From Eledone cirrhosa (lineage: Eukaryota): a DNA stretch of 64,000 bases. The stretch is from contig OZ024741.1 of NCBI GenBank assembly GCA_964016885.1, forward strand, positions 186,062,001 through 186,126,000. Reading direction: 5' to 3'. Made by a program: the position numbers and the translations under genes. The notes under the pieces are model-generated. The model ran no database searches. It was not told where the DNA came from and saw only the letters and a list, made by a program, of their open reading frames with translations. Positions 52,563-64,000 of this stretch are shown piece by piece (the first letter of the stretch is position 1; each line of letters begins with the position of its first letter).

Positions 52563-52585
52563 ATGTATGTATATATATTAATATA
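52126..52585. repeat. (TA)n microsatellite cluster
   Basis: Direct reading. It explains the YI-repeat ORFs. Confidence 0.95.
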
Positions 52586-52806
52586 TCTGATTACTTTTCT
52601 GGAGTTTTAAAAGCTCAAATTCCCATGATTGTTTCATCATCTCCATTTACATTTCCTGCTTATGTAATTCCTTCAAACACCTTCTATTTACTATCGCCTT
52701 CACTCACCCCTTATCTCTCACACTCTTTCTATCTTTACTTCCGAAATACACTTACATTTAGCCTTGATGCTCTACTTTTAAGCTCTCCACTTGCTCTCAT
52801 CATATG

Positions 52807-52917
52807 ATCTTTAATGATATGCAAATATAACCATTGGTAGCAATATCGGTCATGTTGTCTGTGATTGGTTGCAGATATAATGGTTCAAACATCATGTGGG
52901 TCCATTCGTAATCTGAA
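52807..52917. repeat. Dispersed repeat family C, copy 2
   Basis: Similar to 43806-43922. Confidence 0.75.
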
Positions 52918-52994
52918 GGGAACCATCAGAGAAATGACGTCGATGAATAATATAGTTTGGGGACTATCGATCTATTGTATATATTTAGACACAT

Positions 52995-53051
<57 letters not shown>

Positions 53052-53133
53052 TAATAATAAATTAAAAGACTAAAATCCAAAGAGGGCTCGATAAGGATAA
53101 ATATATATCAAATATATAAGAACCGTAGAGCAA

Positions 53134-53224
53134 ATATTTATTAAAATAACAGATTAAAGTTTAAGCAAAGAATCGTTAAGGGTGAAAGCAGCGATTCTTG
53201 CTTAAACTTTAATCTGTTATTTTA

Positions 53225-53232
<8 letters not shown>
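53134..53232. repeat. Near-perfect inverted repeat (about 42-bp arms, 16-nt spacer) made of the family D terminus
   Basis: atatttattaaaataacagattaaagtttaagcaaagaatcg / cgattcttgcttaaactttaatctgttattttaataaatat. Confidence 0.92.
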
Positions 53233-53255
<23 letters not shown>

Positions 53256-53257
53256 CA

Positions 53258-53479
<222 letters not shown>

Positions 53480-53783
53480 CCTCAAGATGCACAATGGAGC
53501 ACTCGACGAAGTACGCAGGTTGGTTTGTTTACTTCGGTTTAATGTAAAATAATTAAGTCAAATATGTAAAATTTGGCTTCCTTTGTTATAAATTATTGAT
53601 ATACTGCAATATATATTTCGGTGACAGCCATCATTGGGTTTGAGCTCTTCAGGCAGTCTGAATTTGTGTAGGAAAGACAGGTACACATGTTGTTGAAGTG
53701 TGTTTACTCCGTCAATACATCGATATTTCCAGCTCCTGGCTGTGTGTTGTTATTCCTCTGTAGAAATGGAATCATATATATGC

Positions 53784-53820
<37 letters not shown>

Positions 53821-53827
53821 GTGTGTG

Positions 53828-53880
<53 letters not shown>

Positions 53881-55684
53881 GTGTGTGTGTGAGAGAGAGA
53901 ATGGAGAGTGTGTGTGTGTGTTTTTTTTTGTCTGACTGTGACTGTGTCTGTATATCTACGTCTGTGTGCGTGCATGATTGTGTAGGTGATCACCATCCTC
54001 ATCCCGTGACTGGTGCAGAGACTTACCGAGGTTCTTCTCATGGAGGTTTTGGAAGTGATATAAGCCCGTCGCAACTGATATAAGCCCTTCGTTATACGCA
54101 GAACTCTTATGGGTAGAGAAACAAACCGGAATAAGAGGTTCAGGGAAGAAAGGGGATGGAGTAGGGTTGAATTTATTCTATATATTCAACTAACAGGGGC
54201 AGTTTCAATTCAGACAGCACGGGAATTTTCCTGTTGTTAATCTCATTCGTCATTGCACTGGCCACCATTGATATCCTATCTATGAAGCAGATGAATGGTG
54301 CACATAACATTAACATGTAGAATTTCTCATTTCTTCTATTAGTTCTGGTCCTAACCACTCGAAACCGTTGTACAGTTCAATTTTCTTTTGACGCTTTATC
54401 CAGATCATTTCAATATAAGCGAGGAAGTGAAAAAAAATCTGTAATTTCTTATTTATTTTAGTGCCAGAAAATTGACTTACCTGCATATGCCTGTGTGAAT
54501 AGTTGCAGATTTAATATAAATTTGGTATAGGATATATTTTGTCAACGGGATACCTTACCGTGAAAAGAACCATAGATGTTGTTATCTTTAATGAAAATAC
54601 GATAATCTCTGAAACGCATAAACATAATCAATGTTTACAGATGAATAAGAGTAAATGAATTTACACTTCATTCTTTCCACGATTCAATTTTCCTCATCAC
54701 ATCCTTATAGAGTCTCACTGTGACGAATTTAATATAGAGAGCGAAGATCATTAATTCTTTTTTCCGTTTGTCTTGATTAACTCGAAGCCACAGAATTTCC
54801 AATATCTTCTCGACCATATCATTCCGATTAAGCTTTTCTCATACATGGTATCTAAGACTACCTTAAATAGTGTATATATTCCCTGTTTACGAGAGTGCAG
54901 TGTATGTTATTATGTCTAATAAGTCAAGTAGCTCACAATTTCGAAATTCGACAATGAGGTATCAAGTAAAGGATACAGTTCTGTTTAAACCTTCTTGTGT
55001 GCGTGTATTAATGTCAATTTACCTTATAGCTAACGTGTTCCGGTGTCAAAATAACTTTGTTTCATGGGATTTCCTCACATTCAGCTATCGACAGAAATAA
55101 AACAAATCCTAGTATAACGGTACGTGATGGGGCCCACCCACAGCCCCAGCAGACAGAATGGAGAAGCGTTTCCCCGGAGGACGGCAAGGAAGACACGTTG
55201 GAAAAGGCCACTCCAACTCGTGGGGCTCACACCTGCGGCTGGCCAGCTCAGCGCCTATGGTGGTGAGTGAGGAGGTAGCCCTGGAGACCAGGACACCACA
55301 AGTCTCCACGGTTACGACCGCAAATGTGGTATATATAGTGCCTCGCAAATCCTGATAGAGTCGTAAGGGTGTCATCCTGGCACGCAGCGATTTCTAGCAG
55401 ATACGCAATCAATTTCGTAGCAGCAGACCGCAGCTTTGTTGATGTAAATATTTTATTGCTGCATATTGAGATTCCAATGTTTTTTCTCCAACTCATGTCA
55501 ATATTTCATTGAGTAAATAATGGAATAGTTAAGGCGGGAAAATCTTTGATCAAACATCTAAGGAATGAGAGATAAGTACATGTTGTACAACAACGATTTT
55601 TTTATTTCCCAAATACTCTCGTTTACACTCTTACAGGAATTTGACGATTTCAACCGAATGAAATGATTCTACATACGCAGACAT

Positions 55685-55722
<38 letters not shown>

Positions 55723-55877
55723 GTATGTAGATAAATCTACCAAAATGTACGGTAGTGTCCAATCCGTATGAAGAACTCAATGTAGTCCGAATATCATGAA
55801 AAGAGAAGATGTATTCAAACATATTTTCCGATGAAAAATACAGGAAAACGGAGTCAAGATAAATTAATAAAAATAAT

Positions 55878-56065
55878 TGTTTCTACTTTAGGCACAAGGC
55901 TAGCAATTATCCAGTGCATTACTGGTACTTTATTTTATCGACCCCGTAAGGATGAAAGGCAAAGTCAACCTCGGCGGGATTTGAACTCAGATCGTAAAGG
56001 GACGTAACTATGCTGGAAAGCATGGCGTCCGACCCTCTACCGATACTGCCAATCCACCGCCCTTA
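55878..56065 (-). mobile_element. Full-length tRNA-derived SINE family A with 19-bp target-site duplication
   Basis: The minus strand starts GGGCGGTGGATTGGCAGTATCGGTAGAG (A box) and contains GAGTTCAAATCC (B box). The TSD ataaattaataaaaataat lies at 55859-55877 and 56066-56084. Confidence 0.93.
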
Positions 56066-56264
56066 ATAAATTAATAAAAATAATGAATAAAAACAAAGAA
56101 ACAGTTCCTTATATTAAAAAATTCATCATTTTACGATCGTTTCTATGATATATATGTTTGTGTTGGTATGTGTATCATATATATCTATGTAAAATGTTTA
56201 CAAACTATCAGAGGGAATATACATACCTACACATATATATGCTGTCTTCAGAAATAATATATAT

Positions 56265-56582
<318 letters not shown>

Positions 56583-57331
56583 GAGGGAGCTTATAGATAG
56601 GACAACACACGCTGTCTTTTCGTGGGGTAAGTTTTTAATTAATTTTTGTATTCTGAAACATCAAAATACAACAATGTTTTGGTCACTGGACTCGGGAATG
56701 TCACGACACAAGTTTGTGGAAGTTAACAAATATTTTAGTATATTTTAGCAGAGCAATCCTTATTTATATTTTACATTTTACATTTACTTACATCTCAATA
56801 TAACATGGCTAAAATTCAAATTTTGCAAAGAGAAGAAAACGAACAAATGAACTAGATACATCTCACTGTCCCCCACCACCACAATAACGTCTACACTCTC
56901 TCCCCACCATCACATGTCATTACCCTATCTAGACTAAAGTCATCGACCTGTTGTCAAACTCTCTACTCTGTGTTGAATGTGTATATATATATGTGTATGT
57001 ATATGTGTGTATATACATCACTCAGTCAAACGACCAGATTTCAACCCCAACATCTACAACAACAACACCGGCACTAATGTTTGCAGCAACAACAGCTTCA
57101 GGATGAATTGAAATAAACATTTACAACAACAACAACAGCGGCATCAATAGATTTTAAAAAAACAAAAAAACAACAACAAACAAAAAAACTCAAAATAACA
57201 AAACACACACTCACACGCACACAACACAACAACAACATCAACTGCCACCACCACCACCACCACCACCACCAACACCGCCACCACCGCCGCCATCACCATC
57301 ACCAGCGACCGGGCCTTAAGAAAACAACTTT

Positions 57332-57490
57332 AATAATAATTTTTCTGCTTTTGGCACGGATCCAGCGACTGGTCCAGCGCATCACTGGTACTCTCTTTTG
57401 TTGACTCCGTGGGGATGAAAGGCAAGGTTGACCTCGGCGGGATTTAAGCTCAGAGCGTGGAGAGCCATAACTCTATGCTGTAAAGCAATT
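57332..57490 (-). mobile_element. Diverged SINE family A copy
   Basis: ttttggcacg...actggtact...ggatgaaaggcaaggttgacctcggcgggattt...ctctatgctgtaaagca. Confidence 0.8.
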
Positions 57491-58269
57491 ATAATAATAC
57501 TGGATGTGTAATACGAACGGCTTCAACTATACAAACTCTTGAAAGTCAACAGTTGACATAATCTTGTATCAGTAATGACGATAATATATATATATGTGTG
57601 TGTGTAAGTGAGTAGCGTGTGTGTGTTTGTTTGTATGTATGAGTGTTGCTGTGTGCGCGCGTACGTATGCGTGTGTGTGCGCGCATATGTATGCGCGTGT
57701 GTGTATGTCGTACGTATAAGTGTCAATAAGTGAGTTTTTTTTTTTTTTTTTTTGCGCCGGAACATAGAAATAATCGGGCTGGATGCTCGATCGCACAGTT
57801 AAACCACTGGGAGTGAAGAACCCCTAACCCTTGTCAGGGCATTCTTCTAGGAGAAGGCATCTCAGGAAACTGGGTTAACTCCGACATAAAAACTGCGGCT
57901 CAGTAGTTACCGATGATGTTGATCTTTTCTTCTTTTAGGGTTATAGCTACTGTCGCTCAGAGAGTGGGATTGGCTCAGTGCACAGTCTTTTCTCACTTTA
58001 AAAATATTCGTCACGCACAGGCATTGCACGAGTGCATTAATAATTATTAATAGCGTACTATTATTATTATTATTATTATTACTATTAGTATACCTTTTTT
58101 TTTTTTTTTTTTTTTTTTTTGCAAATTCAATGATGTTCGAGAACAATATAAAAGAGATAATTGGCAATTTAGGTTCTGGAACAAAAAACATAATTGGCAA
58201 TAAGGGCAGGGGCCTCAGGTTATCATAGCCTGGGCCCGCTCGTCATCGTGCCATTGTAATAGAGCCAAA

Positions 58270-61200
58270 CAAGGCATTTAGTCTTGGCTGCAGGAACGTA
58301 CGGACGCTGCTTGACAGGGATTCCTTGGAGCGTCCTGAACGAAGGACCGCTCTTGTTGCAAAGGAGCTTCGACGTTATGATCTTGACATCGTGGCTTTAT
58401 CTGAGACGAGGTTAGCTGGAGATGGTCATCTTACAGAATTTTGTGGAGAATATACATTCTTCTAGAAAGGAAGAGATGAAGGAACCAGAAGAGAGGCTGG
58501 GGTAGGATTTGCTGTTAAGACTGTACTTGTGAATAAATTAGAAGAATTCCCAGTAGGGATTAGTGAGCGTCTTATGTCCATCAGAATTCCGGTGGACAAA
58601 GGAAGATATGCGACCCTGGTGAGTGTGTATGCTCCAACTATGAATTCTGTCGATGAAGAAAAAGTGTCCTTTTACCATGCCTTGAAAGGTGTTTTAAGAA
58701 ATATCCCTCAGGCAGACAAAGTCATCGTGCTTGGTGACTTTAATGCTAGAGTGGGTAGGAATTTTAACACATGGAATGTAATCGGAAGGCATGGGGTGGG
58801 AAAGTGTAAGAACAATGGTATGCTCCTGCTGCAGATGTGTGAGGAGCTGGATCTGTGTGTTACCAACACCATGTTCCAACAAAAAACAAATTCAAGACCA
58901 CATGGATGCATCCTGCATCTAAGGAAAGGGCATATTTTGGACTACGTCCTAGTCAGGATGCGTGACAGACAGGATGTGCAGTGTGTTCGTGCTCTTCGTG
59001 GAATTGAGTGCTGCACGGACCACCGCCTGGTACGCGCAAAAGTGAAACTAATCACTAAACTTAAAATACGGGCTCCTAGTGTTGCCCTGCCCAAAAGATT
59101 GAATGTGCTCGTCTTAAGGATAAAAATGTGAAGAGGACATTGGAAGAAGATATTCAGGCTGCAGATCTTGGTGAGGATTGGCCGACCCTTAAAAAGTCGG
59201 TTCATGATGTAGGCAGGCGTGTTCTGGGATTGGTGCAGAGAAAACATCAGGACTGGTTTAATGAGAATGATGTACATATAGAAGACTTGTTGGCTGATAA
59301 TAGGCGTGCTCTGTCACGCTACTTGACGGCAAAACCACAGGAGAGGAACACGTTGCATGAGGAACTCAAGGATGTAAAATCAGGTGTTAGGCGGAGTCTT
59401 TCTCAGATGAAGGATCAGTGGTGGAGTGAGAAGGCTGGTGAGATACAAACTGCGTCTGATTCCAATAACACAAAGCTGTTGTACAGTCTCTTGCGTGAGG
59501 TTTATGGACCGTCTTCTTCTCTGGTGACACCGCTTCGCAGCAAGGATGGCAAAGAACTTCTTCGTGACTCACAAGGAATTCTACGAAGGTGGCAAGAGCA
59601 CTTTGATGATCTTTTGAATCAGCTGTCTGTCGTCAGTGAAGATTTCCTCAATCTCATTCCAGAAAGTCCTGTGAAAGTAGCTCTCGCAGAACCTCCGACG
59701 CTTGTGGAGGTTGCAGTGGCTATTTCGAAGCAGAACAGTGGAATATCTCCAGGTATGGATAGCATAGATGCTGAGCTCCTACAATATGGTGGTGAGAGAC
59801 TCCTGCAACATCTTCACTCTTTGTTTGGCAGGATATAGGCTAATGAAACCGTACCTGAGGACTGGAGAGATGCAGTAATGGTGGTCTTGTCGTAGGGAAA
59901 GTTTTATGTAGGGTGCTTCTGGACCGTCTGCTGACACACATTGCAGATTGTGTTCTTCCTGAAAGTCAATCTGGTTTTCGTGCTGGACGCGGCACTACTG
60001 ATATGATCTTCTCAGCTAGACAGCTCCAGGAGAAGTGCATGGAACAAGGCTTGGATCTGTATCAGGTTTTTGTCGATCTGACAAAAGCTTTCGATACTCT
60101 TAACAGAGATGCATTATGGAAGGTTCTCCAGAAACTTGGTTGCCCTGATAAGTTCCTTGCTTTAGTTAAGTCTTTCCATGACGACACGAAGGCTTGGGTT
60201 AATGTCGGAGGTAACATGTCGGAGCCTATCTCAGTAAAAAATGGAGTGAAACAGGGGGATATTCCAGCACCGACCCTGTTTGCCATATACTTTGCAATGG
60301 TTTTCTGTATTGCATTGAGGAATTGCGAGCATGGTGTTTACATCCGATATCGAACCTCAGGCAGCATATTTAACATCAGGCGCTTTACTGCAAAGACAAA
60401 AGTATTTACATCAATCATAAGAGACCTCTTGTATGCAGATGATTGCGATTTTGTAGCGCACACAGAGAGTGATATGCAGCACATTTTGAATGCATTTTTT
60501 ACGCTTGCACTGCCCTAGGATTGACTGTCAAGTCGCAAGAAAACCGTCGTCATGTACCAACCTCCCCCTGGTAAGCAGTACACTGAACCAAACATCTATG
60601 TGTATGGTAAACGACATGGAGTGGTTGATCAGTTTGTCTACCTGGGAAGTACTGTCAATCGATACAGCAACCTTGACAGTGAAATCTCACTTAGGATTAG
60701 GAAAGCAAGTGATGCTTTCGGAAAGCTAGAAAGGCGACTCTAGGGTCGGCGAGACATATGCAGGAGGACAAAGGTAAAGGTCTACAGAGCATGTGTGCTC
60801 TTTTGTCTTCTTTATGCCTGCGAGACCTGTGTCACATATCGACACCAACTTAAGCAATTGGAGCGTTTCCATCAGATGTGTCTCAGACGGATCCATGGCG
60901 TTCACTGGAGGAACCACATCAGTGATGTCGGGATTTTGGAAAGCTCTATGTGTGACAGTATAGAAGCTCTTGTGCTTAAGCAACGACTCCGTTGGATAGT
61001 CACCTTGCCAGGATGAAGGATTCTAGAATACCAAAACAACTCTTTTATGGAGAGTTGGTTAAAGGAAAACGACCGCCACATAAACCAAAAAAGAGGTATA
61101 AGGATTCCTTGAAAGCCTCTCTGAAAGACGCTAACATCTCTGCTGATACATGGGAAAATATTGCTGCTGATCGTAATAAATGGAGAAAGAATGTATATGA

Positions 61201-61613
61201 GGGAAAAGTTGCCTTTGAGGCATCTCGAATCGCATACGAGAAAGTAAAGCGGGATGTGAGGAAGGGCATTGCTGTTGCACTTCCAGACGGCGAGGGTCCT
61301 CCTATGGTGCTGACATGCAGCGTCTGTGCGAGACTCTGCCTAAGCAAAGCTGGACTCGAAAGTCATCTTCGCAGTCATAAAGTAAGACCAGTGATTGACT
61401 ACCAGGCTGCTGTGGGAGATGCTACTCATCATGCTTGCCAAACATGTGGTAGAGAATGTAAATCAGCAGGAGGGCTCAAGCGACATACAAAAGTACACGA
61501 ACTCCAACCACAGCCGACTATTCCCAGTGAATGTTTTGGTTGCCGACTCTGTGCAAGACATTTTAGATAATTGGCTGGGCTAAAAAGCCACATTCGATCG
61601 CAGCGCTGTTAAT
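58270..61613 (+). pseudogene. Disrupted RTE ORF: APE endonuclease, reverse transcriptase, three C2H2 zinc fingers
   Basis: APE motifs: NVRTLLDR...DIVALSETR, SVYAPT, LGDFNARVG, LDYVLV, TDHRLV. RT motifs: LPESQSGFR, FVDLTKAFD, GVKQGD..APTLF, LLYADD (YADD at 60432-60443), FVYLGS. C-terminal fingers: CSVC..HLRSH, CQTC..HTKVH, CRLC..HIRS. There are several stops (e.g. ~58463, 59836, ~60741, 61568), frameshifts, and an apparent deletion of the NYRGISLL block near 59890. The start position is uncertain. Confidence 0.93.
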
Positions 61614-61620
61614 TGCTATC

Positions 61621-61805
61621 GTGTGTGTGTGTGGATAGATATATTTATGTGTGTGCGTGTATGTGTATATATATATATGTATATGTATATTATTATTGTT
61701 GTTGTCGTTATTATTATTGTTGTTATTATTATTATTATTATTATTGTTATTAATGTATGTGTGTGTGTATATGTATGTATGTGTATATATGTATGTGTAT
61801 ATGTG

Positions 61806-61894
<89 letters not shown>

Positions 61895-61945
61895 CTTTTC
61901 TTTTTTTATTTTTATTTTATTTTATTTATTATTTTTTTTTTCTCC
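61621..61945. repeat. Compound (TG)/(TTA)/(TA)/poly-T microsatellite inside the LINE 3'UTR
   Basis: Lies between the ORF end (...gctatcgtg) and the terminal LINE motif (tcgtgcaatggcc...). Confidence 0.9.
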
Positions 61946-62181
61946 TCGTGCAATGGCCATACTTGATAACGAGGGGGCAGCCATCATGTGTATGTATATA
62001 TTATTAAGGCATGTTACTCTGGAGTTTTGCGTATTTATCACAAGGTAATCAGACAAGAACTGTTCTTTTCTGATCACATTGTGACAAACAGGCGAAACTC
62101 CAGAGAAACATGACTCACGATTCAGGCTCAATAAAATGAATATAAATCCCTACTTAAGTATTTATTAGTCTTTTCTGTCAG

Positions 62182-62228
<47 letters not shown>

Positions 62229-62814
62229 TATATATATATATATATATACACATTTGCGGGTATGTATATAATATCGGATACAAATCTTCAATCCCTTCAG
62301 GGAAGTTTTGTCTTTCGATCACAATAAATATATATTTATGGTGTTCTACACTCTTCGTCCATCAATCTCTATCACTGACTTACAGATACACATACATAAA
62401 CACACAACAAAGACGATAAACTGAACCACACACTCTCCTAATATTGGCATATATATAATCGCTGGTGTCAAATCAAAGATATCATCCAGCAGTCAACACC
62501 CATCTCATTACCTAATTCATCAGTTTAACACAAGATCCCTCACATCAACAATCTATTAGTGCTGTACTCTAATTATATCTTAACAGACTCATACACATAT
62601 ACCAACGCACACACACACACGCAAACACATACACATACAGACATACTCACACACACGTAAACAGATGATGTAGAAGCCGTGTCTGTAGTAAACGTGTTAT
62701 TTATACTCTACTAATGTATTGCGTACCTTATTTACTGTGATTACACCCCAATTGAACCCCCCCCCCCACACACACACACACACACACATACACACACATA
62801 TATATGTATATATA

Positions 62815-63010
62815 TCTATACATATATACAAAAGTGTAGTTGTCTGTGTGTGTCCCCACATTTTTGCAAAGTCTATATAAATCCACATTTCTACTCCGAT
62901 TGACTTCAAACTTGCATTTATATATTCTTTGCGGTCTAAAGATATTAATTGCAGCTTTTATGTTTCAATTTTCTCTAGTTAAAGGGGTGTTAGGCGCTGG
63001 TTATCGATCT
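62815..63010 (+). mobile_element. Possible non-autonomous Helitron/DINE-like 5' fragment
   Basis: Starts tctatacatatatacaaaag, followed by a short gtctgtgtgtgtc microsatellite and ccgattgacttcaaactt. This layout is recalled for such elements; there is no second copy in the window. Confidence 0.4.
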
Positions 63011-63109
63011 CCGTCACGCCCTTATAATATCTGTCTGTATGCCTGGCTCTCTGCATTTCGACATTATGACACACATTGATGACGTATTATGTTCGCTATT
63101 TTCCGTTCA

Positions 63110-63285
63110 TTGCCAGGGAACGTCTTCACGAATCAAAGTATCGTCTTCCTGTTTTCCTTCGGTTGCAACGTTTTTCGAAATATTTACTTCTGCGTTCACA
63201 GATTGATTTTTTTTAGTTTCAGAAAATCCCGTTAAGGGTGAAAGCAGCGATTCTTTGCTTAAACTTTAATCTGTTATTTTAATAT
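63110..63285 (+). repeat. Dispersed repeat family D, copy 2
   Basis: Reverse complement of 44668-44850. Confidence 0.8.
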
Positions 63286-63493
63286 ATAATATAAGCTAGG
63301 CAAGCCAGCCCAGTTACCACTTCTTGCCAATAAACATTAACCTTTTGTGCGCCATTCATCTTACTGTAGACGAACAAATACCAACTAAACGGAGCGTTGA
63401 CAAGAACGATGGCGAATGAATCTTCGAGGTAAGCAGTTTCCTCCCGAGCTGTTATTTCTCGCGGGATTCTCTGCTACACCTTTTCGTAATAAT

Positions 63494-63686
63494 TGTTTGA
63501 AATTTTGGCACAAGGCCAGCAAATACCCAGTTCATTACTGGTACTTTATTTTATCGACCCGGTAAGGATGAAAGGCAAAGTTAACCTCGACGGGATTTGA
63601 ACTCAGACCGTAAAGGGACGTAACTCTGCTGGAAAGCATGGCGTCCGACCCTCTACCGATACTGCATATTCACCGCCCTTATAATT
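63494..63686 (-). mobile_element. Full-length tRNA-derived SINE family A with 17-bp target-site duplication
   Basis: Matches 55878-56065. The TSD caccttttcgtaataat lies at 63477-63493 and 63687-63703. Confidence 0.93.
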
Positions 63687-64000
63687 CACCTTTTCGTAAT
63701 AATACGGAACAACGAACTGTTGGTCACTGCTTCCTCCAAAAACCGTACTAAGTGGACATGTGCATCGGGCAGATGGATCGGGTGCAAATCTACACCAGGC
63801 CTACGCGAGAAATTCGCAAGGGATTGCACCAAGATGGATAGAGAGAAAGAGTAACTTAGTGACAAGAGTGCTAATTAACTTTTGAGGTAAGTAGCATACG
63901 CCTTACTGCTATTGCACTGGAACCTTCTGCCAACTTAACCTGTGACTTTCACTTTCACATTTACTCCAATAGGCCAAAACAGAGGAGTATGAAAAGAAGG

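Larger units (their letters stand above)
57754..62000 (+). mobile_element. Near full-length RTE-clade LINE (5'UTR, single APE-RT ORF, 3' end), inactivated
   Basis: The 5' leader and 3' terminus are shared with 38599-38960. The coding region carries APE and RT motifs. The 3' end is ggcagccatcatgtgtatgtat, and a microsatellite block at 61621-61945 splits the 3'UTR. Confidence 0.92.

Noticed and set aside
53610-53660. CUGAAGAG...CGAAA on the minus strand
   Set aside because: No convincing helix II or III, and no cleavage triplet in register.
53985-54083. Possible terminal coding exon (DHHPHPVTGAETYRG...)
   Set aside because: The acceptor context is weak TG-rich sequence, there is an internal 12-bp duplication, and no upstream partner exon or homology was recognised.
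55110-55440. GC-richer island with short ORFs on both strands, possibly an LTR or exon
   Set aside because: No second copy, no clear TG...CA ends with a TSD, and no recognisable protein similarity.
55990-56065. tRNA gene
   Set aside because: The A/B boxes belong to a SINE head. No cloverleaf is apparent, and the sequence continues into a repeated core and tail flanked by TSDs.

Overview
Eukaryotic, AT- and microsatellite-rich, repeat-dominated window. The repeat content looks invertebrate, possibly mollusc or cephalopod; this is an inference only. Bases 1-31,848 are one uninterrupted satellite of 35/34-bp monomers arranged as a patchwork of kb-scale duplicated blocks. The remaining 32 kb is mostly decayed mobile elements. 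These include a near full-length inactivated RTE LINE with three C-terminal C2H2 fingers and a short derivative made of its 5' and 3' ends. There is an R4/NeSL-type LINE remnant interrupted by a fold-back element with a telomere-like core, a 2.5-kb palindrome of two L1/Tx1 3' fragments, many tRNA-derived SINE copies, and Penelope-like ends. No intact protein-coding gene can be supported. The most interesting signal is a complete type I hammerhead ribozyme fold on the minus strand (39485-39578). It lies in a unit with a 306-bp period bounded by perfect 40-bp direct repeats, which makes it a candidate non-LTR retrozyme. A second, minimal Penelope-type hammerhead lies at 44169-44200.
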